42,502 bases of DNA from Bacteroidota bacterium (GCA_030637895.1 DAOWFP010000191.1:1-42502), one strand, 5' to 3'; counted from the first letter of the stretch, positions 19,737-28,304 are shown. Notes: generated from the sequence alone by a model not told the origin. Program-made: numbers and translations.

Positions 19737-20347
19737 GAATATCTGGTTTCATACTGGTTATAGACTCCTACCTGGTGCGCTTGGGGGTAGTCGCCATACT
19801 AAATCGCATTCAGGGTGTAAGAGTTCTGAAGGAATTTGGCGCAGGCGATCCCTTTGAAGCCTACCTGAAGAGCCACCCGGTGGACTATATTATCATGAGT
19901 CAGTCTGAATTTGACCGCTCGCTTGAGCTTTTCATAGCCAAACCCGAACTGCTTGAGAAAACAGCTCTTCTCCAAGACACTCCCAAAGAAAATTTTACTT
20001 CAGGTTTGCCGCCACATGATGTACACACTACCATTCACCTGCTGGAAGAAAAAGAGGCCATTATCCAAAAAATCCGGCTTCTGATTGACAATCGGGATCA
20101 AAGGAGCTTAGAAACCCATTCCATGGAGCTTTCTCCGCGTGAAACAACTATTGTCAGACTGGTCTCCCTGGGACTAACAAACCGGCAGATTGCTGAAAAG
20201 TTGTTCTTGTCTGCTCATACGGTGATGACGCACCGGAAAAATATCAGCGGCAAGCTGGGAATCAAATCTGTTTCCGGGTTAACCGTCTATGCCATTGTAA
20301 ATAACATCATCACCATTGAAGAAGTAAGCTCTTTACCTGCTAAGTAA
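19733..20347 (+). CDS. LuxR/FixJ-type DNA-binding regulator with degenerate (pseudo-)receiver domain
   Basis: C-terminal LuxR HTH (LSPRETTIVRLVSLGLTNRQIAEKLFLSAHTVMTHRKNI). The N-terminal receiver-like fold lacks the expected acidic residues (ILVIDSY..., VDYIIMSQS). ATGA overlap with the upstream gene. Confidence 0.8.
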   Translation: MRISGFILVIDSYLVRLGVVAILNRIQGVRVLKEFGAGDPFEAYLKSHPVDYIIMSQSEFDRSLELFIAKPELLEKTALLQDTPKENFTSGLPPHDVHTTIHLLEEKEAIIQKIRLLIDNRDQRSLETHSMELSPRETTIVRLVSLGLTNRQIAEKLFLSAHTVMTHRKNISGKLGIKSVSGLTVYAIVNNIITIEEVSSLPAK

Positions 20348-20351
20348 TGTG

Positions 20352-20359
20352 TATATTTG
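20352..20359 (+). promoter_or_regulatory. -7 promoter box TATATTTG upstream of coiled-coil gene
   Basis: Exact TAnnTTTG match 22 nt upstream of the ATG at 20381. It overlaps the alternative TTG start at 20357 and so argues against that start. Confidence 0.5.
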
Positions 20360-20380
20360 TCAAAAATAAATTCTTTTAAA

Positions 20381-21268
20381 ATGGCTGAAAAGAAAACCAA
20401 TGTAAATGCTTTGTACGGAGTCCTCGGCCTGCTGGTAGTTGTCCTGGCCGTTGCCGTTTACATGCTGCTTGATACTCGAAAAAACCTGAACCTGGTTTCC
20501 GATGATCTGGCTGAAAAAACGGAATTTTTTCGTGTCGAAAAAGATTCCCTGGAAGGGGAATTGCGTAACATCTACTTCAGATACGACACCCTTGAAACCA
20601 ATAGCCTGGAACTGCAGGTGGAGATGCAACAACAGAAGGAGAAAATTGAAAAACTGATCTCCATGCAGGCGGAAGACGCCTACAAGATCCGCATGTACCG
20701 GAAAGAAATGGAGACACTGCGATCTGTTTTACGGAGTTATATTGTTCAGATCGATTCCCTGAATATGCAAAACCAGGAATTGATGGCTGAAAATAAACAG
20801 TTGCGAAACACCGAATTACGCCTGAGTACCGAAAAGGAGCAACTTGAAAAGGATAAAACCCAGCTGGAGGAGATCAAGGATCTGGCTACCACTCTTCAGG
20901 CATCCCTGATGGACCTGGTAATGCTAAACAAACGCGACAAAAAGTCCGACAGGATCAGAACAGCCGTAAAAGTAAGGATCGATTTTGTGCTCCGGGCCAA
21001 CAATGTAGCCATCGCTGGTGAGAAAAAGATCTTTCTTCGCATTATCAGACCCGACCAGGTGGTACTGGGGTCGCCAGAGTTGGAGATGATTAATATTGAC
21101 GGGGAGCTGGTTCCTGCCTCCGCTTCCAGGGTAATAAATTACGAAAACGAAGATCTTCCTGTTTCAATTTTCTGGGCCAACGACGGGGAGATTGTACCTG
21201 GGGAACATGTCGTGGAGCTCTACTCGGAGGGAAAATTAATCGGAACAGCGTCATTCGTACTTAAATAA
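20381..21268 (+). CDS. membrane-anchored coiled-coil protein with C-terminal beta-rich domain, function unknown
   Basis: N-terminal TM helix (ALYGVLGLLVVVLAVAVYMLL), ~150 aa of heptad-like E/K/Q/L-rich sequence, then a ~100-aa beta-rich tail (KVRIDFVLRANN...VELYSEGKLIGTASFVLK). Confidence 0.6.
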   Translation: MAEKKTNVNALYGVLGLLVVVLAVAVYMLLDTRKNLNLVSDDLAEKTEFFRVEKDSLEGELRNIYFRYDTLETNSLELQVEMQQQKEKIEKLISMQAEDAYKIRMYRKEMETLRSVLRSYIVQIDSLNMQNQELMAENKQLRNTELRLSTEKEQLEKDKTQLEEIKDLATTLQASLMDLVMLNKRDKKSDRIRTAVKVRIDFVLRANNVAIAGEKKIFLRIIRPDQVVLGSPELEMINIDGELVPASASRVINYENEDLPVSIFWANDGEIVPGEHVVELYSEGKLIGTASFVLK

Positions 21269-21283
21269 ATCTCTAATCCTGGC

Positions 21284-22579
21284 ATGAACATCGGTATAAT
21301 TATTGGCCGGATCGGTGGCGTTGATGGCGTTGCACTAGAGACTGAGAAGTGGATCGATGTCCTGAAAGCAATGGGACACCAGGTGTTCACTCTCTCGGGA
21401 CAGTTCCAGGAGCGTCCTATGGACCCGGATACAGAGACCCTGGTTCCGGAAATGTCCTTTTTCTCTCCGGAAAGTTTCTGGAGTCAGAAAAAGGCTTTTT
21501 TCTACCCCGAAACCAACCTGGAAGAGCTGATTGAGCATCTGAATCTCTATTCAAAGGTGATTTATAAAAAGATCATGCTCTGGATAAAGGAGCGGAACAT
21601 CCAATTGATTATCTCTGAAAATGCCTCGGCCCTTCCCTCCCACCTTGAAATGGGAATGGCTATCAACAAAGCGGTACACAAGAGCGGATTACCCACTATT
21701 ACGCACGACCATGATTTTGCCTGGGAGCGTGGCGACAGGTATCTTTCACCTCACAGAGAAATTAATGATTTTGTTTCGGAGGTTTTTCCCCTGCGGGCTC
21801 CCAATTCCATACATGCAGTAATTAACACCCATGCTGCCAATACAATAAAAGAACGTTTCGGTCGTGAAGCGATCAATGTTCCCAATGTGATGAATTTCGA
21901 TCAGCCTTTTGGTTTACCTAATCAAAAAAATGAAAATCTGGCCAAACATATGGGCTTCGGCAAGACGGACCTGTTTCTTTTCCAGATCACCCGGATCGTC
22001 AGACGCAAAGGGATTGAATCGGCCATACGCCTGGTGCATGAGCTTAAAGACAAAAATATTAAGCTGATCATTACCGGTAATTATGCAGATGACGCCGGTA
22101 GCGCCTACTACAACGAGCTGGTAAACCAGATACATGAACTAAAACTGGGCGAACAGATCAGCTTTGCCTACCACCTGTTTCATAATAAAGGACTCTCCAA
22201 TGGAGATGGTGAGGTACGTTTTTCTTTATCAGACGCCTATGCCAGGGCGACGGCCTGTACCTATTTCAGCACCTATGAAGGTTTTGGCAATGCCTTCGTG
22301 GAGTCGGTACTGGCCAGGCGGCCCATCTTCGTTAACAATTACGAACCGGTCTATATGCCTGACATAGGCAGCAAGGGGTTTAAAACTGTTATGATTGAGA
22401 ACGGCGAGCTTAGCGGGGAGGCTGTCAGCGCCATGGCAGAAGTTATCTATAATCCTGCGCTGGCAGCGGAGATTGCTGAATATAATTTCGAGCTCGGTAG
22501 AAGATTTTTCTCTTACGATACCCTTCGGGAAAAATTAGAACAACTGATTGGAAAAGCTGTGGCGGCAGCGGGAGCCTAA
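21284..22579 (+). CDS. GT-B fold glycosyltransferase (GT4-like), stand-alone paralogue of the N-terminus of the 1385-aa protein
   Basis: 431 aa. N-terminal GRIGGVDGVALETEKW, THDHDFAWERG, and the C-terminal GT4-type region YFSTYEGFGNAFVESVLARRPIFVNNYEPVY. It starts 15 nt after the coiled-coil gene. Confidence 0.75.
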   Translation: MNIGIIIGRIGGVDGVALETEKWIDVLKAMGHQVFTLSGQFQERPMDPDTETLVPEMSFFSPESFWSQKKAFFYPETNLEELIEHLNLYSKVIYKKIMLWIKERNIQLIISENASALPSHLEMGMAINKAVHKSGLPTITHDHDFAWERGDRYLSPHREINDFVSEVFPLRAPNSIHAVINTHAANTIKERFGREAINVPNVMNFDQPFGLPNQKNENLAKHMGFGKTDLFLFQITRIVRRKGIESAIRLVHELKDKNIKLIITGNYADDAGSAYYNELVNQIHELKLGEQISFAYHLFHNKGLSNGDGEVRFSLSDAYARATACTYFSTYEGFGNAFVESVLARRPIFVNNYEPVYMPDIGSKGFKTVMIENGELSGEAVSAMAEVIYNPALAAEIAEYNFELGRRFFSYDTLREKLEQLIGKAVAAAGA

Positions 22580-23703
22580 TCCATAAACAGGGCCCTGAGT
22601 ATATGATCGGTGATCAGCCAATGTCCGGGCTCGATAACCAGTCTTCCCGCCATAACAGACATGCTGCCTTTTTCAAGAAAGGCCTGTGCCTGTTTTTCAA
22701 AATGCAGGCGAAATCCCGGGCCAAACACCTCCTCGATATGTGCAGGATCAGCCCCCCATTTGGTTCTCAGTGAAGTAATCAGATAGTCGTGGTAAAGCTC
22801 CTTGCTTGTGAGATGTTCTGTTTCCCCGATGTCTTCTCCGGTGCTTATACGATCCATATATTTTTTTAATGTGGAGATGTTCCAGCTTCGTCGCTCACCG
22901 TCATAGGAGTGAGCCGAGGGGCCCAGGCCCAGATAGCTTTGGCCTGACCAGTAAAGCATATTGTGCTTCGATACAATTCCCTTTCGACCAAAATTAGATA
23001 ACTCATAATGGTCAAAGCCTGCGGAAAGTAATTTCTCCCTCAGAATCCTGTACTGTTCGACACTTTCCTCCTCTGGTACGGGTAGCAATTTTCCCTTTTT
23101 TCTCCAGTGGTCAAAGACGGTTCCAGGCTCAAAAGTGAGGTGGTAAGCTGAAAGATGGGAAACCGGCAGGGAGAGGGCTTTCTCAATGTTCTCTTCCCAT
23201 TCTGCAGAGCTCTGGCCGGGAATTCCATATATGAGGTCCATTGTAATATTATCAAAGCCTTCGGAGCTGGCCTGGCGGACCGAGGCTTCTGCCTGTTCAG
23301 CAGTATGGGACCGCCGCATGATTTCCAAATCTCTTTCATGAAAGGACTGGACCCCTATACTCAGGCGGTTGAATCCCAACTGACGCAACTTCTTTATTGT
23401 AGTCACATCCAGGTCGTCCGGATTACACTCGATGGTCCATTCGGGCTTCTCCTGAAATGTATGGTAGCTGTGAATGGCCTTAAGGATTTTTTCAAGCTGT
23501 GGGGCGGACAACAGAGATGGGGTTCCCCCTCCCAGGTAGAGGGTCTCCAGGTTGCGGCCGCCATTCTTTTCTCCCTTCAGCCTGATTTCCTTTACCAGCG
23601 CATCAACGAAATTGTCCAGGTAGTGCAGGCTTATTGAAAAATAAAAGTCGCAATATCTACACGCTTTCCGACAGAATGGAATATGAATGTAGATGCCCCG
23701 CAT
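22576..23703 (-). CDS. hemW: radical SAM family heme chaperone HemW (HemN-like, coproporphyrinogen oxidase-like)
   Basis: IHIPFCRKACRYCDFY CxxxCxxC radical-SAM motif at the N-terminus. 375 aa, the HemW-like length. Confidence 0.85.
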   Translation of the reverse strand: MRGIYIHIPFCRKACRYCDFYFSISLHYLDNFVDALVKEIRLKGEKNGGRNLETLYLGGGTPSLLSAPQLEKILKAIHSYHTFQEKPEWTIECNPDDLDVTTIKKLRQLGFNRLSIGVQSFHERDLEIMRRSHTAEQAEASVRQASSEGFDNITMDLIYGIPGQSSAEWEENIEKALSLPVSHLSAYHLTFEPGTVFDHWRKKGKLLPVPEEESVEQYRILREKLLSAGFDHYELSNFGRKGIVSKHNMLYWSGQSYLGLGPSAHSYDGERRSWNISTLKKYMDRISTGEDIGETEHLTSKELYHDYLITSLRTKWGADPAHIEEVFGPGFRLHFEKQAQAFLEKGSMSVMAGRLVIEPGHWLITDHILRALFMD

Positions 23704-23706
23704 AAC

Positions 23707-26700
23707 TTACTCCTCGATAAACCCGATAATAGCATTGGAAACTGCCCGGGGCTCCGGGGAGAGGGCATACACATCCTGTTCATACTTACTGTTATAGGGA
23801 GAAATGTTCAGGGTTCTTCCGCCCACCACCAGGGTACTGCTGCCCCCGGGATCAAAACCCATGGCCCGGTCCATCCCGTGCTTATGAAGGATCTCTGCCA
23901 TATCCTGATGGGTGGCACCCACCGATTCCCTGATCCTTCCATTGACGGTCAGTACGGCCAGTTCGTTTTTTTGGTTTATTCCCACTGCAATTTTGGGTCC
24001 GCGCATTTCTGTATAATCCAGCCTTGCCGCCTGAGTGCGAATCGAGTTGATGTGTTTCCAACCCTCAAATTCCATATCAATACAACACCTTCCCTGATCC
24101 AGGAGCATGGGCCCTGCCTCCACGGCATGTTTCACCTCTTCCAATCCAGGAACCATAAGTTCCAGGATTTCTCCCGGCTTTAATCCATCTGGAACATCAT
24201 GTGGATCCATGGCCAGCGTCAGCCCCACGGGCACGATGCTTACCTGTTCCCCTTTGCTGGTTTCCAGCACCTCCTTTACCACATTCCCCGAAAGACGTAT
24301 GATGGTCCTGCCTTCTCCTTCGATGAGCTCTTTCGTATACATCAAATCATAGTAGGCCGGCTTACCCCCCTTCCCGGTACTGTTATAAGCACCCTTGTCA
24401 AAGGTGATCTTATGCTCTTTCCAGCTTAGCTTCAATCCCTCTCTGCAGTTTACCCGTTGAATATCAATACGGCCATCTTTATAAACAAGTAGTGCCGGTT
24501 TGTTGAAGAGGGGGGCCGAGCTCATAATCCCTCCTGTAATCAACAGTCCCAGGGGAGAGCCAATATAGGTTTCTGGGAGTCCCAACTTTCCCACCAGTTC
24601 CGGATTGAGTATGTAACCACCATTCCACGCAATCTGTGCTGTTTTGCCTGTTTGTCTTTTGAAAGCACTCACAAACTGGCCCACGGTCCTGGGCCGGTCG
24701 GGGGTGGATACAGCCCTAAAATCCCACTGCTCCTCTTTGAAATTTAAAATTGCAAGGGCGCCATTGTATGGCATGCCGTCGGCAAAAAGGCCACTCAGGA
24801 AGCTAAAGGTAACCGGTCCTTTAGTCGTCTCCCGTTTATCCAGGGTGCTTAGCACGTGTAAGAGCGGGCTTCCTTGAATTGCAGCATCTTCGCGAATGGC
24901 CGATAACACCGCCTCTTCTCCCAGATTTTTAGCAAGCCTTTTATATAGTTCGCTTTTCATCCCCCGGTCAAAATCTTTGGCTGTCTGCACCGGGGCGGGA
25001 AATGAAAGGGTGGCTCTCACGCCCGCCGGTACAAATTGAATATAGCCACTGGAAAGAGGGATGCCCATCATATGGGCCGTTAACTCATTGTTCACCTTTC
25101 CAATATGAAAGCGGTCCATATCAACCAGATCGGTCATCATGGCTGCATTGCTGCGATTGGTCAGAATATAACCATTTTGATCCTTGATCGTTCTCAACAC
25201 CTTTAAGGCCAGATTGCCCAGCTGTGGGAAATGGATGCCCACGCAAACCTGTTTTGTCCGAATAATCTGGATTACCTTAAACTCATATAGTAACTTAAGC
25301 TCTTCAGATATGCCATGGATAATATAATCGGTGATCTCATCCTTATTCAGCTGTTTCCCAAGATTTCTTTCCTGGGCAAAAATATAAACAGGCTGTAGTT
25401 TTGAAGCCTCTCTCTCCAAAAGCTCCCGGGTGATCATCTCCTCAAGAGGGAGGCGCATTCTGGAACGAATGGACTGCAGGGCAAAGAATTCCAGTTCGTA
25501 CATTATGTAGGCGCCCGGGAAATATGCAATGGGCCGGTTTTCCCTGAGTCGTTCTATCAATCGCCTCCTGTTATCTATGCCCAGGTAGGAACTCCCTGTT
25601 AGCTGCATAAGGGCCAGGTTCCAGTCGGTGAAAAATTGCGGACTCAGATCCACCTTATTAAGGGGTGTGGGTTGTACAATGCTTATATAGAGCAAATTAA
25701 TAAGGCCGGTAAGCTCCTGGAAGGTGTAATCCTGGTAGGGATAATGATAGCTGTTGCGATGCCGGTAAGCCATGGAATGGTCGTGCTGGATTTGTACGCT
25801 TCCTTCCCTGTACTCAAACAGGGTTTCCACCGCATTATAAAACCGCTTGATAATCTTTTCTGGTACATAACCTGAATCGGGATCGTTGCTAATAATGGAG
25901 CGGGAAAAGTGAAAGGCCATGCCCCTGATACGCTGTTGTTCTATGCGGAAAAAGCTGGGATCAATAAGTGATTTCAACATAAACATAAACCCTAGCTTCG
26001 AATAGCCGGGAAGGTACTGCCTATGCCTGGTATCCAGCAGTGCGTGGAGATGTTCGTTGGAAAAACCAACCATTTCCCGGTAATCATCCAGACTTTCGCG
26101 GACAATTCTCAGAATTTTTTCATTCCCCCGTAACTGTTGGAACAGCCCTTGCAGAACCCGGTACAGATTTTCATTGAGTGCGTCCAGGCTGTATCTTTTC
26201 AGGACCACCCGTTGATTATGCCTGGTTTCATCGGTATAGCGGTTAGGAAAAAAGATCCGGTCCGCGATCCGTCTAACCATATTATCTGAGATTCTTTTCC
26301 CTTTAAACTCCAGTACCTTCAAACGGTCACGTTCCCCCAGGTGTTCGCCTATCACATCTGAATAGACCTTTTCGGGTTCATACCTTCTGCAGAAAATAGG
26401 GGTTCCGCAGGCTGTTGCCTCAATTATGGGCAGTCCCCTCCCCTCTGTTTTGCTGGGCAAGAGCACCAGCGAAGAGATATTATAGAGCTCCGCTATCCCT
26501 GCCGGATTCTCAAATTTCTCCTTAAAAGCTTCCCGGTCAAGTTCACCAAACAAGAACGCCAGGTATACCCGTTTCTTTAATTCTGGATCAAGCTCATTGA
26601 GAAGATCCCTGAAGCGCTCAATCAGTTTTTTGTAATACCCATAATGTCCGGACGCGATGGGCCCGCTAATCAGGAGGGTCATTTTCATGTGGGAAGTCTT

Positions 26701-27864
26701 CCTGAACCTCAATATCATCTCTTCCTCCTGGAACATTTTCAACAAGAGGTTGAAAGATGTTTCTATCCTTTTCCTGGATATAATCCTTGTGGGCTGCAGG
26801 AGTATTATGTTCTCCTTGATAAACCCTTCCACCCGGGTGGTGCGATCCCCGATCAGAACAGGTTGCGGGTACTTCTCTGCCACCAGCTCTTTTGCAAGTA
26901 CATCCTCAACAGAATAGCTCAACAGTTGCTCCCCATACCTCGACAGTATATTCTCCAGTTGAATAAAGGTATTTATGTTCTTACGCTTGTCGCTCTTTGT
27001 ATACTGGGTTGTGTCCACCGCGGTCCCGATCTCCATTACGTTAGCCGGGTTGTGGCCGTTCTGGCGAACCAGGTGTTCGGACTGTCCCTTATTGATATTT
27101 ACATTGATCCATGTTCGTGATTGCCACGGATACAGCATTTCAATGATCGAAAAGACCTCCCCCAGGTGACAGTTGGTGAAGAAGAAATCCCGGGGTCCCG
27201 GCCGGCTCCCTGACTTCTCCCTGTCGGAGCTGCACATGCCTCCCTCCCAGTAGAAATCGTGGTTATTGTTGATTACCGGAATCTTCAAAAATTCAGATAA
27301 GAGAACCAGGGCCAGGGCATAAGCCACATTCCCCGGATTGGAACAGACATTGAGAATATAGAGCAGGCTAATTCCCTCCTCCTCAATATAACGCCCCAGT
27401 TTTTCCACAATATCAAGCGTCTGGCTCCACAATTTCCCGATAAGTGCATTATAAACGGGACCGCCGCGCTCAAGTTTAGTAAAATAGAAATCCTGGTAAA
27501 GCTCCCAATCATTAAACCCGGCCAGTTCGGGTATCTCCTTTTGCATATAATCCTTCTGGATAAAGGGGACCGTTTTAGAGTCAATTTCCCCTGCAATGTA
27601 GTGTATTGGAATTCCCGGGATATTGCGCCTCATCAGGGATGCATACTTATCCACCTCAACGGTCACTCCATCGACCATATAGTGAAAGGTAAGGAAAGCC
27701 ACTCCTCCTGTTCTTAACTCCTCTTTGAAATCATCGTAATTTCCGTCCCGCTGTATGGAAGGATAGGCTTTTTCTTCCTTGAACCTATCAAGGAAAATTC
27801 CCAGATCGAACCAGGTTTCAATAAGCTCCCCATGCAGGAAAGCGAGTAGTTTATCTATTTTCAT
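23707..27864 (-). CDS. 1385-aa multidomain protein: GT4-like glycosyltransferase + unassigned middle region + phosphodiester glycosidase (NAGPA-like) domain
   Basis: Uninterrupted 4158-nt ORF with an ATG start. Residues ~55-560 are GT-B-like (NNNHDFYWEGG, LLPSKTEGRGLPIIEATACGTPIFCRRYEPEKVY). Residues ~1030-1385 have IAWNGGYILNPELVG, GPMLLDQG and GFDPGGSSTLVVGG, as in PF09992-type phosphodiester glycosidases. There is no signal peptide. Confidence 0.75.
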   Translation of the reverse strand: MKIDKLLAFLHGELIETWFDLGIFLDRFKEEKAYPSIQRDGNYDDFKEELRTGGVAFLTFHYMVDGVTVEVDKYASLMRRNIPGIPIHYIAGEIDSKTVPFIQKDYMQKEIPELAGFNDWELYQDFYFTKLERGGPVYNALIGKLWSQTLDIVEKLGRYIEEEGISLLYILNVCSNPGNVAYALALVLLSEFLKIPVINNNHDFYWEGGMCSSDREKSGSRPGPRDFFFTNCHLGEVFSIIEMLYPWQSRTWINVNINKGQSEHLVRQNGHNPANVMEIGTAVDTTQYTKSDKRKNINTFIQLENILSRYGEQLLSYSVEDVLAKELVAEKYPQPVLIGDRTTRVEGFIKENIILLQPTRIISRKRIETSFNLLLKMFQEEEMILRFRKTSHMKMTLLISGPIASGHYGYYKKLIERFRDLLNELDPELKKRVYLAFLFGELDREAFKEKFENPAGIAELYNISSLVLLPSKTEGRGLPIIEATACGTPIFCRRYEPEKVYSDVIGEHLGERDRLKVLEFKGKRISDNMVRRIADRIFFPNRYTDETRHNQRVVLKRYSLDALNENLYRVLQGLFQQLRGNEKILRIVRESLDDYREMVGFSNEHLHALLDTRHRQYLPGYSKLGFMFMLKSLIDPSFFRIEQQRIRGMAFHFSRSIISNDPDSGYVPEKIIKRFYNAVETLFEYREGSVQIQHDHSMAYRHRNSYHYPYQDYTFQELTGLINLLYISIVQPTPLNKVDLSPQFFTDWNLALMQLTGSSYLGIDNRRRLIERLRENRPIAYFPGAYIMYELEFFALQSIRSRMRLPLEEMITRELLEREASKLQPVYIFAQERNLGKQLNKDEITDYIIHGISEELKLLYEFKVIQIIRTKQVCVGIHFPQLGNLALKVLRTIKDQNGYILTNRSNAAMMTDLVDMDRFHIGKVNNELTAHMMGIPLSSGYIQFVPAGVRATLSFPAPVQTAKDFDRGMKSELYKRLAKNLGEEAVLSAIREDAAIQGSPLLHVLSTLDKRETTKGPVTFSFLSGLFADGMPYNGALAILNFKEEQWDFRAVSTPDRPRTVGQFVSAFKRQTGKTAQIAWNGGYILNPELVGKLGLPETYIGSPLGLLITGGIMSSAPLFNKPALLVYKDGRIDIQRVNCREGLKLSWKEHKITFDKGAYNSTGKGGKPAYYDLMYTKELIEGEGRTIIRLSGNVVKEVLETSKGEQVSIVPVGLTLAMDPHDVPDGLKPGEILELMVPGLEEVKHAVEAGPMLLDQGRCCIDMEFEGWKHINSIRTQAARLDYTEMRGPKIAVGINQKNELAVLTVNGRIRESVGATHQDMAEILHKHGMDRAMGFDPGGSSTLVVGGRTLNISPYNSKYEQDVYALSPEPRAVSNAIIGFIEE

Positions 27865-27911
27865 TGAAAATAATTATCATCTTTGTGCAGGCAGAAGAAT
27901 GCCTTCCTGAT

Positions 27912-28304
27912 ATGCTAAGGTACGTGTTCCAATATAAATTTTCCATTCTGCTGGCTCTAATAATTGCTTTGTTAAGCCTGGCTCCCGCCAGTGCTTTTCC
28001 TGTAAGTTCGGTTTATTATATCCCTTATATCGATAAGATTATCCATATTTTAATGTATTCCCCTTTCGGTTTTGTGGCCCTGATGGAAAGCCGATGCACA
28101 CGTCAATGCCCTAGATTGCATTTTTTTATTCTCCTTGCCATCTTTCTGGTCAGCGCTTTGATCGAGGTCTTACAGGCCACTGTTGTGTTATCCCGTGGGG
28201 CCGAATGGGTCGATTTGCTGGCAAATTTATCAGGTCTTGTGGCCAGTTATCTGGCCTTTCGGCTTATTGGAGGATTCCGAATATTTCGCTTCCTTAAATC
28301 CTGA
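27912..28304 (+). CDS. VanZ-like family membrane protein
   Basis: Four TM segments and the DKIIHILMYSPFGF motif characteristic of VanZ-like proteins. The ATG at 27912 is preferred to the TTG at 27864, which abuts the divergent gene's start codon. Confidence 0.65.
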   Translation: MLRYVFQYKFSILLALIIALLSLAPASAFPVSSVYYIPYIDKIIHILMYSPFGFVALMESRCTRQCPRLHFFILLAIFLVSALIEVLQATVVLSRGAEWVDLLANLSGLVASYLAFRLIGGFRIFRFLKS

